24,000 nucleotides of DNA from Megasphaera intestinihominis (lineage in GTDB: Bacteria > Bacillota > Negativicutes > Veillonellales > Megasphaeraceae): positions 20,143-44,142 of the forward strand of contig NZ_JBBMEU010000010.1 in assembly GCF_040096415.1 (NCBI RefSeq), written 5' to 3'. A program made the position numbers and the translations under genes. Positions 22,619 through 24,000 of the stretch are shown in pieces; the first letter of the stretch is position 1, and each line of letters opens with the position of its first letter. Below the pieces are notes generated by a model that had not been told where the DNA came from, ran no database searches, and saw only the letters and a list, made by a program, of their open reading frames with translations.

Positions 22619-23296
22619 TTACTGTACAGCTCGTTTCCGGCTCATCCACAGGCCGATGGCGATGACACCGGCAGCTAGTACGGCCTGAAGGGTCATGGGT
22701 GCCCAGGCACCGGCCATTTGCTGCATCAGGGTCCCCAAGATTTTATCGTGGCCGATCATGGAACCGGCTGTCCAGCCCAGCAACCCGGCGCCGGCATAGA
22801 GGATGACCGGGAAGCGGTCCATGAGCTTGCCGATGACCGTACTGCCGCCGACGATGATGGGGATGCTGATGAGGAAGCCGCAGGCGACGAGGAGGAAGCT
22901 GCCGTGCGAAGCCCCGGCGATGGCCAGGACGTTGTCGACGCCCATGGCTGCGTCGGCGATGATGATGGTCTTGATGGCTCCCATGAGGCTGTCCGAAGCC
23001 GTCACGTTCTCATCGTGTTCTTCCGGAATGAGCAATTTCACAGCAATGGGCAGCAGGATGAGGCCGCCTAAGGCCTGTAAAAAGGGAATCGTCAACAGCC
23101 AGACGGCGATGAGGGTCATGACCAGACGGATGACGACAGCGCCGCCGGTCCCGATGAGGATGGCTTTGCGGCGCAGATTGGCCGGCAGTTTATTGGCCGC
23201 CATGGCGATGACGACGGCATTATCGCCGCCGAGGAGGATATCCAGTAAAATGATAGAGCCTAAAGCCATGAAAAATTGCATCGATAAGATTTCCAT
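22619..23296 (-). CDS. TerC-family integral membrane protein
   Basis: 225 aa. AAGAGG RBS. The motif LLDILLGGDNAVVIA recurs as ADAAMGVDNVLAIA, the TerC duplicated DN motif. Confidence 0.88.
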   Translation of the reverse strand: MEILSMQFFMALGSIILLDILLGGDNAVVIAMAANKLPANLRRKAILIGTGGAVVIRLVMTLIAVWLLTIPFLQALGGLILLPIAVKLLIPEEHDENVTASDSLMGAIKTIIIADAAMGVDNVLAIAGASHGSFLLVACGFLISIPIIVGGSTVIGKLMDRFPVILYAGAGLLGWTAGSMIGHDKILGTLMQQMAGAWAPMTLQAVLAAGVIAIGLWMSRKRAVQ

Positions 23297-23314
23297 AATA
23301 TACCTCTTTCTCTG

Positions 23315-23371
23315 AAAAACAAAAGAGACTTCCGCATGGTATCAGCAAAACTGGTATCATGCGAAAGTCTC
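23315..23371 (-). terminator. Expression-platform terminator of the Mn riboswitch
   Basis: RNA arms GAGACUUUCGCAUG / CAUGCGGAAGUCUC (14 bp, one G-U) followed by UUUUGUUUUU. The 5' arm reuses the aptamer P1 3' strand. Confidence 0.75.
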
Positions 23372-23457
23372 ACCCATTGCGATAGCAACGCTGCCACCAG
23401 CCGGTCAATGACGGCACGATGTTGATGACAACTGACGAGAGGTTACTCCCCTTCGCG
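23361..23457 (-). ncRNA. yybP-ykoY (manganese) riboswitch aptamer
   Basis: RNA reads GCGAAGGGGAGUAAC...GUCAUUGACCGG...GGGUGAGACUUUCGC. It carries the conserved GGGGAGUA and UUGAC elements and a closing P1 (GCGAAGG / CUUUCGC), upstream of a TerC gene, which is a classic context for this class. Confidence 0.75.
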
Positions 23458-23473
23458 ATTCGATTGTAGGCTA

Positions 23474-23502
23474 ATTATAACAGGCAATTCGTTCTTTGTC
23501 AA
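23474..23502 (-). promoter_or_regulatory. Consensus promoter TTGACA-17 nt-TATAAT (with TG extension) driving riboswitch-terC
   Basis: The minus strand reads TTGACAAAGAACGAATTGCCTGTTATAAT. Confidence 0.75.
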
Positions 23503-23556
23503 TATCGTTTCTTCCCGTTTCATGATATAATAAAAGAAAACACAGAGGAGGCATCA

Positions 23557-24000
23557 TCATGAAATGGGCTTTTTCCCTTCTGTAAAAGGGATCCATGCCT
23601 GTATTTGTGTCCCCTGTGTCACAAGTGCCTGCTGGAGCTCTTTTCGTCTGTAATAGATGTGTCACTCGACTTGGTTGACCATGGGGATAACATCACAGCT
23701 TCCGATAAAATCAAGATATTCCCGGGCATTGAAATTAGAAATGCCAATGGCCCGGATCACGCCCTGGCGGTAAGCTTCGGTCAAGGCCCGATACATATCC
23801 AAAGCCTCGTCGTAAGGCTCATGGATGAGCAGCAAGTCGATATAGTCGGTCTGCAACCGGGCCAGCGATTCTTCGATGCCCTGCCAGGCCAGCTCATAAC
23901 CGGCCCGGGTCTGGCACAGTTTCGTCGTAATGAAGACATCCTCCCGGCGAAGGCCGCTTTCGGCCACAGCCTGGCCGACGATGGCTTCGTTATCGTACAT
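23557..24000 (-). pseudogene. Aldo-keto reductase, 5' end outside the window, with an in-frame TGA and a truncated 3' end
   Basis: AKR blocks FITTKL, LLLIHEP and PMVNQVE, then TGA (23662-23664). The same frame continues HIYYRRKELQQALVTQGTQIQAWIPFTEGKKPIS, paralleling NQVE-x-HP...GI...AWSPL..G, then stops at 23557-23559. About 80 expected C-terminal residues are missing. Confidence 0.75.

Noticed and set aside
23559-23585. Mini-ORF MKWAFSLL with a perfect GAGGAGG RBS as a real gene
   Set aside because: It is only 8 codons and lies antisense within the AKR remnant, so it may be a chance SD-ATG pairing. It is mentioned only as context in a low-interest finding.
23662-23664. In-frame TGA in the aldo-keto reductase as selenocysteine
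   Set aside because: AKRs are not selenoproteins. There is no obvious SECIS-like hairpin immediately downstream. The gene is also truncated at its 3' end, so a nonsense mutation is the simpler reading.

Overview
Chromosomal window with GC-rich genes, AT-rich spacers, GGAGG-type ribosome-binding sites and recurrent extended -10 promoters (TGnTATAAT / TGnTATACT). A lipoprotein adaptor plus RND pump alongside Firmicute-style signals suggests a diderm Firmicute (Negativicutes, Megasphaera-like); that is a guess I cannot verify here. Left to right: about 680 nt of non-coding sequence; MFS transporter; secreted protein; radical-SAM + ArsC-family operon divergent from a Cys/Met-family PLP enzyme; HD hydrolase + SDR operon; a solitary tyrosine integrase; an HD phosphohydrolase; a multiply broken RND operon (adaptor + pump); a frameshifted nitrilase; a pabA-pabB-pabC operon where a deletion joins pabA' to 'pabB; an OYE-type flavin oxidoreductase + YfcE phosphodiesterase operon; a MocR regulator divergent from a LysE/ArgO exporter; a thiaminase-I-like secreted protein; TerC behind a yybP-ykoY (Mn) riboswitch; and a broken aldo-keto reductase running off the window. 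I saw no rRNA, tRNA, CRISPR array or recognisable defence or toxin system. Two things stand out. First, 7-nt-period arrays that place stop codons in every frame, often on both strands, occur at four intergenic sites, mostly beside intrinsic terminators, and fit no element class I know. Second, five loci carry independent disabling lesions: frameshifts, in-frame TAG and TGA, a 13-bp tandem duplication and two internal deletions. All calls come from reading the sequence and from recalled family motifs. No searches were run.
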